DNA of 32,000 nucleotides from Aliivibrio fischeri ES114 (GTDB lineage: Bacteria; Pseudomonadota; Gammaproteobacteria; Enterobacterales; Vibrionaceae): the NCBI RefSeq assembly GCF_000011805.1, contig NC_006840.2, one strand, 5' to 3'. Shown piece by piece: positions 19,604-31,428 of the stretch (position 1 is the first letter of the stretch; every line of letters starts with the position of its first letter). Both the position numbers and the translations under genes were made by a program. The notes below the pieces were generated by a model. That model had not been told where the DNA came from. It did not search any database and saw only the letters and a list, made by a program, of their open reading frames with translations.

Positions 19604-19909
19604 ATGGGTAAACAATCAATGAAGGCACGTGAAGCTAAACGTGCGAAACTTGTAGCTAAGTTCGCTGAAAAGCGTGCTGCGCTAAAAGTTCTAATTAGCG
19701 ATGTTAATGCTTCTGAAGAAGAGCGTTGGGATGCAGTTCTTAAGCTGCAATCACTACCTCGTGATTCAAGTGCATCTCGTCAGCGTAATCGTTGTAACCA
19801 AACTGGTCGTCCACACGGTTACCTACGTAAGTTCGGTTTAAGCCGTATTAAGGTTCGTGAAGCTTGCATGAAAGGCGAGATTCCGGGTCTTCGTAAGGCT
19901 AGCTGGTAA
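19604..19909 (+). CDS. rpsN: 30S ribosomal protein S14
   Basis: 101 aa, ...[28 protein letters not shown]...KASW. Confidence 0.98.
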   Translation: MGKQSMKAREAKRAKLVAKFAEKRAALKVLISDVNASEEERWDAVLKLQSLPRDSSASRQRNRCNQTGRPHGYLRKFGLSRIKVREACMKGEIPGLRKASW

Positions 19910-19938
19910 TTGCCACTTAATCATTTGGAGTAAATCTT

Positions 19939-20331
19939 ATGAGCATGCAAGATCCGATTTCGGATATGCTGACCCGCGTTCGCAACGGTCAAGCAGCAAA
20001 CAAAGTTGCTGTTAAAATGCCTTCTTCAAAGCTTAAAGTTGCAATCGCTGCACTGCTAAAAGCTGAAGGCTACATCGCTGATTTCGCTGTTGAAGGCGAC
20101 ATCAAACCTGAGCTAGAAATCACTTTAAAGTATTTCCAAGCTAAACCAGTTATCGAGCAAATCCAACGTGTTTCTCGTCCAGGTCTTCGTGTTTACAAGA
20201 AGAACGACGCGTTACCATCTGTAATGGGTGGTCTTGGTATTGCTGTTGTTTCTACATCAAAAGGCCTTATGTCTGACCGCGCTGCGCGTAAAGCTGGTCT
20301 TGGTGGCGAAATCATCTGCTACGTAGCTTAA
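19939..20331 (+). CDS. rpsH: 30S ribosomal protein S8
   Basis: 130 aa, [20 protein letters not shown]... Confidence 0.98.
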   Translation: MSMQDPISDMLTRVRNGQAANKVAVKMPSSKLKVAIAALLKAEGYIADFAVEGDIKPELEITLKYFQAKPVIEQIQRVSRPGLRVYKKNDALPSVMGGLGIAVVSTSKGLMSDRAARKAGLGGEIICYVA

Positions 20332-20343
20332 TAGGAGTAGGAT

Positions 20344-20877
20344 ATGTCTCGTGTTGCTAAAGCACCTGTAGTAATTCCTGCTGGCGTAGAAGTGAAACTG
20401 AACGGCCAGGAAATCACTATCAAAGGTGGTAAAGGTGAACTAACTCGCGTTCTTAACGACGCTGTAGTTATTTCACAAGAAGATAACACTATTGTATTTG
20501 GTCCACGCGAAGGCGTTACCAATGCTTGGGCTCAAGCTGGTACAGCTCGTGCACTAGTAAACAATATGGTTATCGGTGTAAATGAAGGCTTTACTAAGAA
20601 GCTAATTCTTAAAGGTGTAGGTTACCGTGCTGCTATGAAAGGCAACGCTGTAGGCCTAACTCTTGGCTTCTCACACCCTGTAGAGCACGCTCTACCAGAA
20701 GGTATTAAAGCTGAGTGTCCAACTCAAACTGAGATCGTTGTAACTGGTTGTGATAAGCAATTAGTTGGTCAAGTTGCTGCGGACCTTCGTTCATACCGTC
20801 AGCCTGAACCTTACAAAGGTAAAGGTGTTCGTTACGCCGATGAAATCGTGCGTACTAAAGAAGCTAAGAAGAAGTAG
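20344..20877 (+). CDS. rplF: 50S ribosomal protein L6
   Basis: 177 aa, [22 protein letters not shown]... Confidence 0.98.
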
Positions 20878-20886
20878 GGTATCACT

Positions 20887-21240
20887 ATGGATAAGAAAGC
20901 ATCTCGCATCCGTCGTGCTACACGTGCACGTCGTAAGATCGCTGAACTGTGTGCAACTCGCCTTGTAGTACACCGTACTCCGCGTCATACGTACGCTCAG
21001 GTAATCGCACCAAACGGCTCAGAGGTTATCGCTGCCGCTTCTACTGTAGAAAAGGCAATCCGTGAGCAACTTGGAAGCACTAGCAACAAAGCTGCTGCTG
21101 AAGCAATTGGTAAACTAATTGCTGAGCGCGCTATCGAAAAAGGCATTACTAATGTTGCTTTCGATCGTTCTGGTTTCCAATACCACGGCCGAGTAGCGGC
21201 GCTAGCAGAATCTGCTCGCGAAGCTGGTCTGAAATTCTAA
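20887..21240 (+). CDS. rplR: 50S ribosomal protein L18
   Basis: 117 aa, [18 protein letters not shown]...[12 protein letters not shown]... Confidence 0.98.
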   Translation: MDKKASRIRRATRARRKIAELCATRLVVHRTPRHTYAQVIAPNGSEVIAAASTVEKAIREQLGSTSNKAAAEAIGKLIAERAIEKGITNVAFDRSGFQYHGRVAALAESAREAGLKF

Positions 21241-21254
21241 GGTAGGGTTGGAAG

Positions 21255-21755
21255 ATGGCTAAAGAACAACAACAAGCTACAGATTTGAACGAAAAGCTAA
21301 TTGCTGTTAACCGTGTTTCTAAAACGGTTAAAGGTGGTCGAATCTTTAGTTTTACTGCACTAACAGTTGTTGGTGACGGTAACGGTCGCGTAGGTTTCGG
21401 TTACGGCAAAGCTCGTGAAGTACCTGCTGCGATTCAAAAATCAATGGAAAAAGCACGTCGTAACATGTTTACGATTGCACTTAACGAAGGTACTCTTCAC
21501 CACGCTGTTAAAGGTCGCCACACTGGTTCTAAAGTGTACATGCAACCAGCTGCAGAAGGTACTGGTATCATCGCTGGTGGTGCGATGCGTGCAGTACTAG
21601 AAGTTGTGGGTGTCCGCAACGTACTAGCTAAAGCTTACGGCTCTACTAACCCAATCAACGTTGTTCGCGCAACGATTGCTGGTCTAAGTAGCGTTAAGTC
21701 ACCTGAGATGGTAGCTGCTAAGCGTGGTCTAACTGTTGAATCTATTTCGGAGTAA
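21255..21755 (+). CDS. rpsE: 30S ribosomal protein S5
   Basis: 166 aa, ...[39 protein letters not shown]... Confidence 0.98.
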
Positions 21756-21760
21756 GAACC

Positions 21761-21940
21761 ATGTCTAAAACTATCAAAGTAACTCAGACTAAAAGCTCAA
21801 TCGGTCGCCTACCTAAGCACATCTTGTGCCTTAAAGGTCTAGGTCTTCGTCGCATCAACCATACAGTAGAAGTTGAAGATACACCGTGTACTCGCGGTAT
21901 GATCAACAAAGTTTACTACATGGTTAAAGTTGAGGAGTAA
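21761..21940 (+). CDS. rpmD: 50S ribosomal protein L30
   Basis: Not in the ORF track (59 aa). Hand translation gives [59 protein letters not shown]. It sits in the expected slot between rpsE and rplO. Confidence 0.95.
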
Positions 21941-21945
21941 TCAGA

Positions 21946-22380
21946 ATGCGTTTGAATACTCTATCACCGGCTGCTGGCTCTAAACCTTCTAAGAAGCGTG
22001 TAGGTCGTGGTATCGGTTCTGGCCTAGGTAAAACTGGTGGCCGTGGTCACAAAGGCCAAAAATCACGCTCTGGCGGTAAAGTTCGCGCTGGTTTTGAAGG
22101 CGGTCAAATGCCTCTAAAACAACGTCTACCTAAATTTGGCTTTACTTCACGTAAGAGCCTAGTAACTGCAGAAGTTCGTCTAAGCGAACTTGCTAAAGTT
22201 GAAGGTAACGTAATCGATCTAAACAGCCTTAAAGCTGCTAACGTAATCACTAAGAACATTGAGTTCGCGAAAGTTGTACTTTCTGGTGAAATCGCTACTG
22301 CTGTAACTGTTAAAGGTCTACGCGTAACGAAAGGCGCTAAAGCTGCGATCGAAGCTGCAGGCGGTAAGATCGAGGAATAA
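21946..22380 (+). CDS. rplO: 50S ribosomal protein L15
   Basis: 144 aa, [13 protein letters not shown]...[13 protein letters not shown]... Confidence 0.98.
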   Translation: MRLNTLSPAAGSKPSKKRVGRGIGSGLGKTGGRGHKGQKSRSGGKVRAGFEGGQMPLKQRLPKFGFTSRKSLVTAEVRLSELAKVEGNVIDLNSLKAANVITKNIEFAKVVLSGEIATAVTVKGLRVTKGAKAAIEAAGGKIEE

Positions 22381-22400
22381 TCCTCGAAGGATGAGGTACA

Positions 22401-23732
22401 ATGGCAAAGAAACCAGGAAAAGAAGTAAATAGTGCTCAGAGCGGCCTAGCTGAACTGAAATCGCGTCTGTTATTTGTTATAGGTGCGCTTTTAGTGTTCC
22501 GAGCAGGCTCATTTGTGCCAATTCCTGGGATTGACGCTGCTGTCCTTGCTGATCTTTTCGAACAGCAGCAGGGTACCATCATTGAACTGTTTAACATGTT
22601 CTCTGGTGGTGCACTGTCGCGTGCCTCAATTCTAGCTCTAGGTATTATGCCGTACATTTCGGCATCTATCGTTGTTCAGCTGTTAACAGTTGTTCATCCA
22701 CCTCTAGCTGAATTGAAAAAAGAAGGTGAGTCTGGTCGTCGTAAGATTAATCAGTACACACGTTATGGCACCTTGGTGCTGGCTACATTCCAAGCAATTG
22801 GTATTGCAACCGGTCTACCAAGCATGATTCCAGGGTTAGTTGCTAACCCTGACATGATGTTCTATCTGACAGCTACAGTAAGTTTAGTAACTGGTACCAT
22901 GTTCTTAATGTGGTTAGGTGAACAAATTACTGAGCGTGGCATCGGTAACGGTATATCTTTGATTATTTTCACAGGTATCGTTGCAGGTTTACCACCAGCT
23001 ATCGGTGAAACGATCCAGCAGGCGCGTCAAGGTGAACTGCACGTGCTTCTTCTATTACTAATTGCAGTGATCTCATTTGCAGTTATCTACTTTGTAGTGT
23101 TCATGGAGCGTGGTCAACGTCGTATCGTCGTTAACTATGCAAAACGTCAGCAAGGCCGTAAGGTATTTGCAGCTCAAAGTACTCACTTGCCACTTAAAAT
23201 TAATATGGCTGGTGTGATTCCTGCAATTTTTGCATCAAGTATTATACTATTCCCTGGGACATTGGCTCAGTGGTTTGGTGGTAACGGTGAAGGAACATTC
23301 GGTTGGTTAACTGATGTTTCAATGGCATTAAGTCCAGGTCAACCGTTATACGTAATGCTTTATGCAGCAGCAATTATCTTCTTCTGTTTCTTCTATACTG
23401 CGTTGGTGTTTAACCCGCGTGAAACAGCTGATAACTTGAAGAAGTCTGGTGCATTCGTACCCGGAATCCGCCCAGGTGAACAGACTACGAAATACATCGA
23501 TAAAGTTATGACACGTCTAACCCTTGCTGGTGCGATGTACATTACCTTTATCTGTCTGATTCCCGAGTTTATGATGATCGCTTGGAACGTACGCTTCTAT
23601 TTTGGCGGTACTTCCCTACTAATCGTAGTTGTTGTTATCATGGACTTTATGGCACAGGTTCAGACTCATCTGATGTCTCAACAGTATGAGTCCGTGTTGA
23701 AGAAGGCTAATCTGAAAGGCTACGGTCGTTAA
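22401..23732 (+). CDS. secY: Preprotein translocase subunit SecY
   Basis: 443 aa, collinear with E. coli SecY (...[11 protein letters not shown]...[14 protein letters not shown]...[16 protein letters not shown]). Confidence 0.98.
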   Translation: MAKKPGKEVNSAQSGLAELKSRLLFVIGALLVFRAGSFVPIPGIDAAVLADLFEQQQGTIIELFNMFSGGALSRASILALGIMPYISASIVVQLLTVVHPPLAELKKEGESGRRKINQYTRYGTLVLATFQAIGIATGLPSMIPGLVANPDMMFYLTATVSLVTGTMFLMWLGEQITERGIGNGISLIIFTGIVAGLPPAIGETIQQARQGELHVLLLLLIAVISFAVIYFVVFMERGQRRIVVNYAKRQQGRKVFAAQSTHLPLKINMAGVIPAIFASSIILFPGTLAQWFGGNGEGTFGWLTDVSMALSPGQPLYVMLYAAAIIFFCFFYTALVFNPRETADNLKKSGAFVPGIRPGEQTTKYIDKVMTRLTLAGAMYITFICLIPEFMMIAWNVRFYFGGTSLLIVVVVIMDFMAQVQTHLMSQQYESVLKKANLKGYGR

Positions 23733-23762
23733 TTTCAGGTTCCAATTTTACGGAGTTTAGCA

Positions 23763-23876
23763 ATGAAAGTTCGTGCTTCCGTTAAAAAAATCTGCCGCAA
23801 CTGTAAAGTTATTAAGCGCAACGGTGTTGTGCGTGTAATTTGCGTTGAACCAAAGCATAAGCAACGCCAAGGTTAA
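23763..23876 (+). CDS. rpmJ: 50S ribosomal protein L36 (zinc-ribbon type)
   Basis: Not in the ORF track (37 aa). Hand translation gives [41 protein letters not shown] lies upstream. Confidence 0.95.
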   Translation: MKVRASVKKICRNCKVIKRNGVVRVICVEPKHKQRQG

Positions 23877-23893
23877 TTAGCAGAAATTTTTAC

Positions 23894-23922
23894 TTGATAT
23901 ATTAAGTTAGGCCGAGTATTAT
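23894..23922 (+). promoter_or_regulatory. Candidate alpha-operon promoter overlapping the spc terminator hairpin (weak call)
   Basis: TTGATA (23894-23899), a 17-nt spacer, then TATTAT (23917-23922). Confidence 0.35.
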
Positions 23923-23940
23923 TCTCGGCCTACCTTTTGT
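23908..23940 (+). terminator. Terminator or attenuator hairpin at the end of the spc operon
   Basis: A 9-bp stem: taggccgag (23908-23916) pairs with ctcggccta (23924-23932). The loop is tattatt and CCTTTTGT follows. Confidence 0.6.
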
Positions 23941-23946
23941 GTGCAA

Positions 23947-24025
23947 AAGAAGTAGTTATAGTCGCAACGTATCCTCAACGGGCTTTGTTGCGGCTCTTCT
24001 TAAGAAAAAGTACTAGGAGTGAATA
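23947..24025 (+). promoter_or_regulatory. Alpha-operon leader with nested helices (expected S4 translational operator)
   Basis: aagaag (23947-23952) pairs with cttctt (23996-24001). gtcgcaac (23961-23968) pairs with gttgcggc (23987-23994). Loop tcct (23972-23975) is complementary to the SD agga (24015-18), so a pseudoknot is possible. The function is assigned by analogy with E. coli. Confidence 0.5.
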
Positions 24026-24382
24026 GTGGCCCGTATAGCAGGCATTAACATTCCTGATCATAAACATGCTGTAATCGCTTTAACAGCGATCTACGGTATC
24101 GGTAAAACTCGCTCTCAAGCTATCCTAGCTGAAGTGGGTATTGCTGAAGATGTTAAGATCAGTGAACTGAATGATGAGCAGATTGATATTCTGCGTGATG
24201 GTGTTGCCAAATACACTGTAGAAGGCGACCTACGTCGTGAAGTATCGATGAACATTAAGCGTCTTATGGACCTTGGTTGTTATCGTGGTCTTCGTCACCG
24301 TCGCAGTCTACCGTTACGTGGACAGCGTACTAAAACCAACGCACGTACCCGTAAAGGTCCGCGCAAGCCGATCAAAAAATAA
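24026..24382 (+). CDS. rpsM: 30S ribosomal protein S13
   Basis: 118 aa with a GTG start, [20 protein letters not shown]... Confidence 0.98.
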   Translation: MARIAGINIPDHKHAVIALTAIYGIGKTRSQAILAEVGIAEDVKISELNDEQIDILRDGVAKYTVEGDLRREVSMNIKRLMDLGCYRGLRHRRSLPLRGQRTKTNARTRKGPRKPIKK

Positions 24383-24793
<411 letters not shown>

Positions 24794-24824
24794 GTTTCGT
24801 TTCTAGGAATATTGGAGAAAGAAC

Positions 24825-25445
24825 ATGGCAAGATATTTGGGTCCTAAGCTGAAGCTTAGCCGTCGCGAAGGCACAGATTTATTCCTTAAATCTGGTGTAC
24901 GTGCGATCGATACCAAGTGTAAAATTGATAACGCTCCAGGTGTACACGGCGCTCGTCGCGGTCGTCTATCTGAATATGGCGTTCAGCTTCGTGAGAAGCA
25001 AAAAGTTCGTCGTATGTACGGCGTTCTAGAAAAACAATTCCGTAACTACTATAAAGATGCTGCTCGCCTTAAAGGCAACACAGGTGAAAACCTGCTTCAG
25101 CTTCTTGAAGGTCGTCTAGATAACGTAGTTTACCGTATGGGCTTTGGCGCAACTCGTGCTGAATCTCGCCAACTAGTTAGCCATAAGTCTATCCTAGTTA
25201 ATGGTAAAGTTGTTAACGTTCCTTCTTTCAAAGTTGCGGCTAACGACGTTGTTTCAATCCGTGAAAAAGCTAAACAGCAATCACGTATTAAAGCTGCTCT
25301 AGAAGTTGCTGAACAACGCGAAAAACCAACTTGGATTGAAGTAGATGCTGGCAAAATGGAAGGTACGTTTAAGCGTCTTCCAGAACGTTCTGATTTGTCT
25401 GCCGACATCAACGAACACTTGATCGTCGAGCTTTACTCTAAGTAA
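24825..25445 (+). CDS. rpsD: 30S ribosomal protein S4
   Basis: 206 aa, [24 protein letters not shown]... Confidence 0.98.
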   Translation: MARYLGPKLKLSRREGTDLFLKSGVRAIDTKCKIDNAPGVHGARRGRLSEYGVQLREKQKVRRMYGVLEKQFRNYYKDAARLKGNTGENLLQLLEGRLDNVVYRMGFGATRAESRQLVSHKSILVNGKVVNVPSFKVAANDVVSIREKAKQQSRIKAALEVAEQREKPTWIEVDAGKMEGTFKRLPERSDLSADINEHLIVELYSK

Positions 25446-25468
25446 GGCTTAAATAAAGAGAGGACACA

Positions 25469-26458
25469 ATGCAGGGTTCTGTAACAGAATTTCTAAAGCC
25501 ACGTCTTGTTGACATTGAACAAGTCAGCACGACTCATGCAAAAGTAACTCTTGAGCCGTTAGAGCGTGGTTTCGGCCACACTCTAGGTAACGCTCTACGT
25601 CGTATTTTACTATCTTCAATGCCGGGTTGTGCCGTAACTGAAGTGGAAATCGAAGGCGTATTACACGAGTACAGCACCAAAGAAGGTGTTCAGGAAGATA
25701 TCCTTGAAATCCTTCTGAACCTTAAAGGCCTAGCCGTTAAGGTTGAGGGTAAAGATGAAGTTATCATTACTCTTAACAAGTCTGGTGCAGGCCCTGTTGT
25801 TGCAGGTGACATCACCCATGATGGTGATGTTGAGATTGCGAACCCAGAGCACGTAATCTGCCACTTGACTGATGACAATGCTGAAATCAGCATGAGAATC
25901 AAGGTAGAGCGTGGTCGCGGCTACGTACCATCAACAGCTCGTATCCATACTGAAGAAGATGAGCGTCCAATTGGTCGTCTGCTTGTCGATGCAACTTACA
26001 GCCCAGTAGATAAAATTTCTTACGCGGTTGAAGCGGCACGTGTTGAGCAACGTACTGACTTAGACAAACTTGTTATCGATATGGAAACAAATGGTACGCT
26101 TGATCCTGAGGAAGCTATCCGTCGTGCAGCTACAATTTTAGCTGAGCAACTGGATGCATTCGTAGATCTTCGTGATGTACGTGTTCCTGAAGAAAAAGAA
26201 GAGAAGCCAGAGTTCGATCCGATCCTACTGCGTCCTGTAGACGATCTTGAACTAACGGTTCGCTCTGCTAACTGTTTGAAAGCAGAAGCGATTCACTACA
26301 TTGGTGATCTGGTGCAGCGCACTGAGGTTGAGTTACTTAAAACTCCAAACCTTGGTAAGAAATCTTTAACTGAAATTAAAGATGTTCTAGCTTCACGTGG
26401 ACTTTCTTTAGGTATGCGCCTAGAGAACTGGCCACCAGCGTCTATCGCTGAAGATTAA
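25469..26458 (+). CDS. rpoA: DNA-directed RNA polymerase subunit alpha
   Basis: 329 aa, [20 protein letters not shown]...[38 protein letters not shown]... Confidence 0.98.
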   Translation: MQGSVTEFLKPRLVDIEQVSTTHAKVTLEPLERGFGHTLGNALRRILLSSMPGCAVTEVEIEGVLHEYSTKEGVQEDILEILLNLKGLAVKVEGKDEVIITLNKSGAGPVVAGDITHDGDVEIANPEHVICHLTDDNAEISMRIKVERGRGYVPSTARIHTEEDERPIGRLLVDATYSPVDKISYAVEAARVEQRTDLDKLVIDMETNGTLDPEEAIRRAATILAEQLDAFVDLRDVRVPEEKEEKPEFDPILLRPVDDLELTVRSANCLKAEAIHYIGDLVQRTEVELLKTPNLGKKSLTEIKDVLASRGLSLGMRLENWPPASIAED

Positions 26459-26491
26459 TCAGTTCACTAATTATCTAGTTAGAAGGATTAG

Positions 26492-26875
<384 letters not shown>

Positions 26876-26892
26876 TCAGAATAAGCTTTAAG

Positions 26893-26923
26893 AAAAAACC
26901 GAGTCTTAGGACTCGGTTTTTTT
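26893..26923. terminator. Bidirectional intrinsic terminator between the convergent rplQ and fbp
   Basis: aaaaaaccgagtc-ttag-gactcggttttttt: stem 26899-26905 / 26910-26916, flanked by an A-run and a T-run. Confidence 0.85.
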
Positions 26924-26961
26924 GTATTTGGACATTATAAATTACTGTTCTAATTTATTAA

Positions 26962-27972
26962 TTAATCTCGCCATTCATCTAAAAACGCATGAACTTTATT
27001 GACCATATTTGTTGAACCAACAAAGAAAGGCACTCGTTGATGTAGTTCGCTTGGTTTTATATCTAAGATACGCTGTTCACCATCGGTCGCTTTACCACCT
27101 GCCTCTTCAATGAGCATCGCCATTGGATTACATTCATACAGTAATCTTAACTTTCCATTGGGGTAAGCTTGAGTACTTGGGTAAAGATAAATACCACCTT
27201 TTAGAAGGTTTCTGTGAAAATCGGCAACTAAAGAACCGATATAACGTGAAGTGTATGGGCGATTGTCTTCAGGTTTACTTTCTTGGCAGAATTTAAGGTA
27301 TTGTTTAATGCCTTCAGGGAAGCGAATGTAATTACCTTCATTTATAGAATAGATATTACCGTCTTTTGGGATTTGCATATTTTCGTGAGATAAGCAGAAA
27401 ACACCAAGTGAAGGGTCGTAAGTAAAACCATGAACACCATTTCCTGTGGTATAAACAAGCATGGTTGATGAACCGTAAATAATGTAACCAGCAGCAACTT
27501 GTTTATGACCCGGTTGCAGGAAATCTTCTTCAGTAGCCGGTGTTCCAATTGGTGAAATACGACGATATATAGAAAAGATAGTACCAACAGAAACATTAAC
27601 ATCAATATTTGAAGAACCATCCAATGGATCCATTAATACAACGTATTTTGCGTTTTTGTTGAGCTCCTTATTAAAAGCAACTGCTTCATCTTCTTCTTCA
27701 CTAGCGACACCACAGACTTGATCACGAGCTTCAAGTGCTGATTTAAATTTATCATTAGCGTAAACATCTAATTTTTGTTGCTGTTCACCTTGAATATTCT
27801 CTTCACCAGATGCACCTGTAATATCAACTAATCCGGCTTTATTAATCTCGCGGTTAACGATTTTTGCTGCTAACTTGATTGAGCCTATTAATGAAGACAG
27901 TTCACCACTTGCATGAGGGAAGTCATGTTGTTTAGCGACAATGAACTCACCTAAAGTTCTTATTTCAGACAT
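26962..27972 (-). CDS. fbp: Fructose-1,6-bisphosphatase class 1
   Basis: 336 aa, [15 protein letters not shown]...[25 protein letters not shown]...[22 protein letters not shown]... Confidence 0.95.
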   Translation of the reverse strand: MSEIRTLGEFIVAKQHDFPHASGELSSLIGSIKLAAKIVNREINKAGLVDITGASGEENIQGEQQQKLDVYANDKFKSALEARDQVCGVASEEEDEAVAFNKELNKNAKYVVLMDPLDGSSNIDVNVSVGTIFSIYRRISPIGTPATEEDFLQPGHKQVAAGYIIYGSSTMLVYTTGNGVHGFTYDPSLGVFCLSHENMQIPKDGNIYSINEGNYIRFPEGIKQYLKFCQESKPEDNRPYTSRYIGSLVADFHRNLLKGGIYLYPSTQAYPNGKLRLLYECNPMAMLIEEAGGKATDGEQRILDIKPSELHQRVPFFVGSTNMVNKVHAFLDEWRD

Positions 27973-28156
27973 AGTTATTCCTTTAATTCTCTGTTATTAG
28001 ATATCAACGCGAAGTCGGGTCAGGTACTGATTTATTTTTATAGTAGTTGTGTTACTGTTTGCTGTAATTCATTCTATAGCATAGAACTTTTTAAGAGTAT
28101 TGAAGTAACTTTGTATAAAAGTTGCTCACTTAATTTAATATAAGACGGTTTTTATT

Positions 28157-29536
28157 ATGCATATTCATATCCTTGGAATTTGTGGAACATTCATGGGTGG
28201 TGCTGCAACACTAGCACGTCAACTCGGACATAAAGTAACTGGTTGTGATGCTAACGTTTATCCACCAATGAGCACATTATTAGAGTCTCAAGGCATTGAG
28301 ATTATTGAAGGCTTTGATCCAAGCCAGTTAGACCCTGCACCTGATTTAGTCGTCATTGGTAATGCCATGAGTCGTGGAAATCCATGTGTTGAATATGTAT
28401 TAGATAAGAATCTTAAATACACATCAGGTCCTCAATGGTTACAAGAGTTTTTACTGCAAGATCGTTGGGTGATGGCGGTTGCAGGTACACACGGTAAAAC
28501 AACAACATCAAGTATGTTAGCTTGGGTACTAGAAGAGTGTGGTTACAAGCCAGGCTTCTTAGTCGGCGGTGTATTAGGTAATTTTGGTGAGTCAGCTCGC
28601 TTAGGCGAAAGCATGTTCTTTGTTGTTGAAGCAGATGAATATGACAGTGCTTTTTTTGATAAACGTTCAAAGTTTGTTCATTACCGTCCTCGTACGCTTG
28701 TATTAAACAATCTTGAGTTTGACCATGCCGATATTTTTGATGACTTGGCAGCGATTCAGCGTCAATTCCATCACTTAATCAGAACGGTTCCAAGTACTGG
28801 TCGCATTTTTGCACCTAAGCAAGATAAACCTTTAGAGCAAGTATTAGAACAAGGCTGCTGGAGTGAATTAGAGTTCACTGGTGAAGATGGTCAATGGAAA
28901 GCCATCAAACTTCAAAAAGATGGTAGTCAGTTTGATGTCTATTTTGAGGGTGAAAACGTTGGGCAAGTTAATTGGGACTTAGTTGGCGATCACAACGTAA
29001 GTAATGCGCTTATGGTCGTCGCTTCTGCACGCCACGTAGGTGTTACTCCTGATTTAGCTTGTGAAGCTTTGGGTAAATTTATCAATACTAAGCGTCGTCT
29101 TGAGTTGAAAGGCGAAGTAAATGGTGTGACGGTTTATGATGACTTTGCTCATCACCCAACAGCTATTGATCTAACATTAAATGGTCTACGTAATAAAGTT
29201 GGTGATAAAAAGATTATTGCCGTATTAGAACCTCGCTCAAGCACAATGAAGCTTGGCGTTCATAAAGATACATTAGCGGCTTCACTGCATGCCGCAGATT
29301 CAGTTTATCTCTATCAACCAGATAATATCGCATGGTCTGTTGATGACGTTGCACAACAATGTACTCAACCTGCTCACACGCATAATAACATTGATGCGTT
29401 CGTTGATATGATAGTGAACGAAGCACAGCCTGGTGATCAAATTTTGGTAATGAGCAATGGTGGCTTTGAAGGTATTCACGGTAAATTGCTTTCAGGCTTA
29501 GGTGATGCCGTAAAACATATAGAAATGGTGGATTAA
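28157..29536 (+). CDS. mpl: UDP-N-acetylmuramate:L-alanyl-gamma-D-glutamyl-meso-diaminopimelate ligase (murein peptide ligase)
   Basis: 459 aa of the Mur ligase family, with [14 protein letters not shown] as the P-loop. It is divergent from fbp, as in E. coli. Confidence 0.9.
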   Translation: MHIHILGICGTFMGGAATLARQLGHKVTGCDANVYPPMSTLLESQGIEIIEGFDPSQLDPAPDLVVIGNAMSRGNPCVEYVLDKNLKYTSGPQWLQEFLLQDRWVMAVAGTHGKTTTSSMLAWVLEECGYKPGFLVGGVLGNFGESARLGESMFFVVEADEYDSAFFDKRSKFVHYRPRTLVLNNLEFDHADIFDDLAAIQRQFHHLIRTVPSTGRIFAPKQDKPLEQVLEQGCWSELEFTGEDGQWKAIKLQKDGSQFDVYFEGENVGQVNWDLVGDHNVSNALMVVASARHVGVTPDLACEALGKFINTKRRLELKGEVNGVTVYDDFAHHPTAIDLTLNGLRNKVGDKKIIAVLEPRSSTMKLGVHKDTLAASLHAADSVYLYQPDNIAWSVDDVAQQCTQPAHTHNNIDAFVDMIVNEAQPGDQILVMSNGGFEGIHGKLLSGLGDAVKHIEMVD

Positions 29537-29538
29537 AC

Positions 29539-30156
29539 ATGAGTAAACAAAAAGCAATTACGTTAGCTATGACAGGGGCTTCAGGAGCGCCTTATGGATT
29601 GCGTTTGCTCGAGTGTTTACTTGCTGCTGATTATCACGTGTATTTTCTTATCTCTTCTGCTGCTAGAGTTGTAATGGCGACAGAACATGATTTGAAATTA
29701 CCAAGTGGACCTGATGCTATGAAAGCGGCATTAGTTGAACACTTAGGTTGTAATGCAGATAAGCTAACTGTTTGTGGTAAAGAGGACTGGTTTTCTCCTG
29801 TAGCTTCTGGTTCTGCTGCGCCTAAACAAATGATTGTCTGCCCATGTTCAGCTGGTAGTGTTGCTTCAATTGCTCATGGTATTTCTGATAATTTAATCGA
29901 AAGAGCGGCTGATGTGGTTTTAAAAGAACGAGGTCAGCTGATTCTTGTGGTTCGAGAGGCGCCATTCTCAACATTACATTTAGAGAATATGCTTAAGTTG
30001 TCGCAAATAGGGGCGACAATTATGCCTGCTGCCCCAGGTTTTTATCATCAACCCAAATCCATTGAAGATTTAATCGATTTTATGGTAGCAAGAATTTTGG
30101 ATCATTTAGGTGTAGAGCAAGGGCTTGTACCTCGCTGGGGTTATGACCATCGATAG
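29539..30156 (+). CDS. ubiX: Flavin prenyltransferase UbiX
   Basis: 205 aa, ...[22 protein letters not shown]...[17 protein letters not shown]... Confidence 0.9.
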   Translation: MSKQKAITLAMTGASGAPYGLRLLECLLAADYHVYFLISSAARVVMATEHDLKLPSGPDAMKAALVEHLGCNADKLTVCGKEDWFSPVASGSAAPKQMIVCPCSAGSVASIAHGISDNLIERAADVVLKERGQLILVVREAPFSTLHLENMLKLSQIGATIMPAAPGFYHQPKSIEDLIDFMVARILDHLGVEQGLVPRWGYDHR

Positions 30157-30204
30157 CTGCACAATAAAAGCTCTGGCTCATTAAGCTATTCACACTTACA
30201 ATAC

Positions 30205-30310
30205 GACTTCTCATCGGGGAGCTTTGGCTGAGATTAATGAAGATTGGATAATGTTCATTTAAACCCGTATCACCTGAACCAGATAATGCTGGCGTAGGAA
30301 TTGAGATGAC
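30205..30310 (+). promoter_or_regulatory. TPP (THI-box) riboswitch upstream of thiB
   Basis: ggggagc...ctgaga (30216-30233), a P3 helix aatgaa/ttcatt, and acctgaaccagataatgctggcgtaggaa (30272-30300) match the THI-box consensus. No T-run follows, so translational control is more likely than termination. Confidence 0.85.
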
Positions 30311-30370
30311 ATTCTCCTATGAGTATTTCAACTCTAGCCTGTGCCGCTCAAAAGGACGAAAGAGCGCATA

Positions 30371-31387
30371 ATGAAAACAACAGTAACTTCACTTCCAGTT
30401 AAAAAACTATCTCTCGCTATTGCATTAGCAAGCATCTCTTCTTTTTCTGTGTCCGCGTCAGAAACACTAACGGTATACACTTATGATTCATTTGCAGCGG
30501 ATTGGGGGCCAGGACCTAAAGTTGAAGCGGCATTTGAAGCTAAATGTGGCTGTAATTTAGAGCTGGTTGCATTAGATGATGGCGTATCAATTTTGAATCG
30601 TCTACGTCTTGAAGGAAAGAATGCTAAAGCTGATATTGTATTGGGTTTAGATAATAACTTAATGGCGGAAGCGAAAAAAACTGGGTTACTCGCTCAACAT
30701 CAAATCGATACAAGTTCGGTACATTTACCTAATGGGTGGAGTGATACAACGTTTATTCCTTATGACTTTGGTTATTTTGCTTTTGTTTACAACAAGGAGA
30801 AAGTAACTAATCCTCCAAAGAGCCTAAAAGAGTTGGTTGAACAGCGCAACGATTTAAAAGTTATTTATCAAGATCCTCGAACTTCAACGCCGGGGCAAGG
30901 CTTATTACTCTGGATGAAATCTGTTTATGGGGATGATGCCGCTCAAGCATGGAAGCAATTATCTAAAAAAACAGTGACGGTAACAAAAGGCTGGTCAGAA
31001 GCTTATAGTATGTTTTTAGAGGGAGAGTCGGATCTCGTTTTATCTTATACAACATCGCCGGCTTACCATATTATTGCTGAAAAAGATCAACGATTTGCTG
31101 CCGCTAATTTTTCAGAAGGCCATTACACTCAAGTTGAAGTTGCGGCAAAAGTTAAATCTACAAAACACAATAAACTTGCCGACGAGTTTTTAGCATTCAT
31201 ATTAAGTGATGAGTTTCAATCTGCGATGCCAACAGGAAACTGGATGTACCCAGTAACTAAAGTTGAACTACCAAAGGGATTTGAAACATTGACGGTACCT
31301 AATAAAGCATTGTCATTTAGCTCTGAAGACATCGCACAAAAGCGTAAATCTTGGATCCGTGAATGGCAACATGCGTTAACTTTTTAA
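30371..31387 (+). CDS. thiB: Thiamine ABC transporter periplasmic binding protein
   Basis: 338 aa from ATG 30371, with signal peptide MKTTVTSLPVKKLSLAIALASISSFSVSA|SE. The upstream GTG at 30341 used by the ORF track lies in the riboswitch expression platform. The gene sits between the TPP riboswitch and thiP. Confidence 0.85.
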   Translation: MKTTVTSLPVKKLSLAIALASISSFSVSASETLTVYTYDSFAADWGPGPKVEAAFEAKCGCNLELVALDDGVSILNRLRLEGKNAKADIVLGLDNNLMAEAKKTGLLAQHQIDTSSVHLPNGWSDTTFIPYDFGYFAFVYNKEKVTNPPKSLKELVEQRNDLKVIYQDPRTSTPGQGLLLWMKSVYGDDAAQAWKQLSKKTVTVTKGWSEAYSMFLEGESDLVLSYTTSPAYHIIAEKDQRFAAANFSEGHYTQVEVAAKVKSTKHNKLADEFLAFILSDEFQSAMPTGNWMYPVTKVELPKGFETLTVPNKALSFSSEDIAQKRKSWIREWQHALTF

Positions 31388-31397
31388 TTGGTGTAAT

Positions 31398-31427
31398 AAG
31401 GAGCCACTAGTGCTCCTTTATTTTATT
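31398..31427 (+). promoter_or_regulatory. thiB-thiP intercistronic hairpin followed by a U-rich tract
   Basis: aaggagc (31398-31404) pairs with gctcctt (31412-31418). The loop is cactagt and tattttatt follows. Confidence 0.5.
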
Positions 31428-31428
31428 C

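Noticed and set aside
20950-20952. Cys22 in L18 (ELCATR, where E. coli has ELGATR)
   Set aside because: This is a single substitution at a position whose conservation I cannot verify from memory, so I cannot separate it from normal lineage variation without an alignment.
28072-28086. Palindrome ttctat-agc-atagaa in the fbp/mpl divergent region, considered as a Cra/FruR-type operator
   Set aside because: The arms are only 6 bp and are AT-rich. Neither the palindrome nor the neighbouring gctgtaattcattc fits the Cra half-site consensus at key positions.
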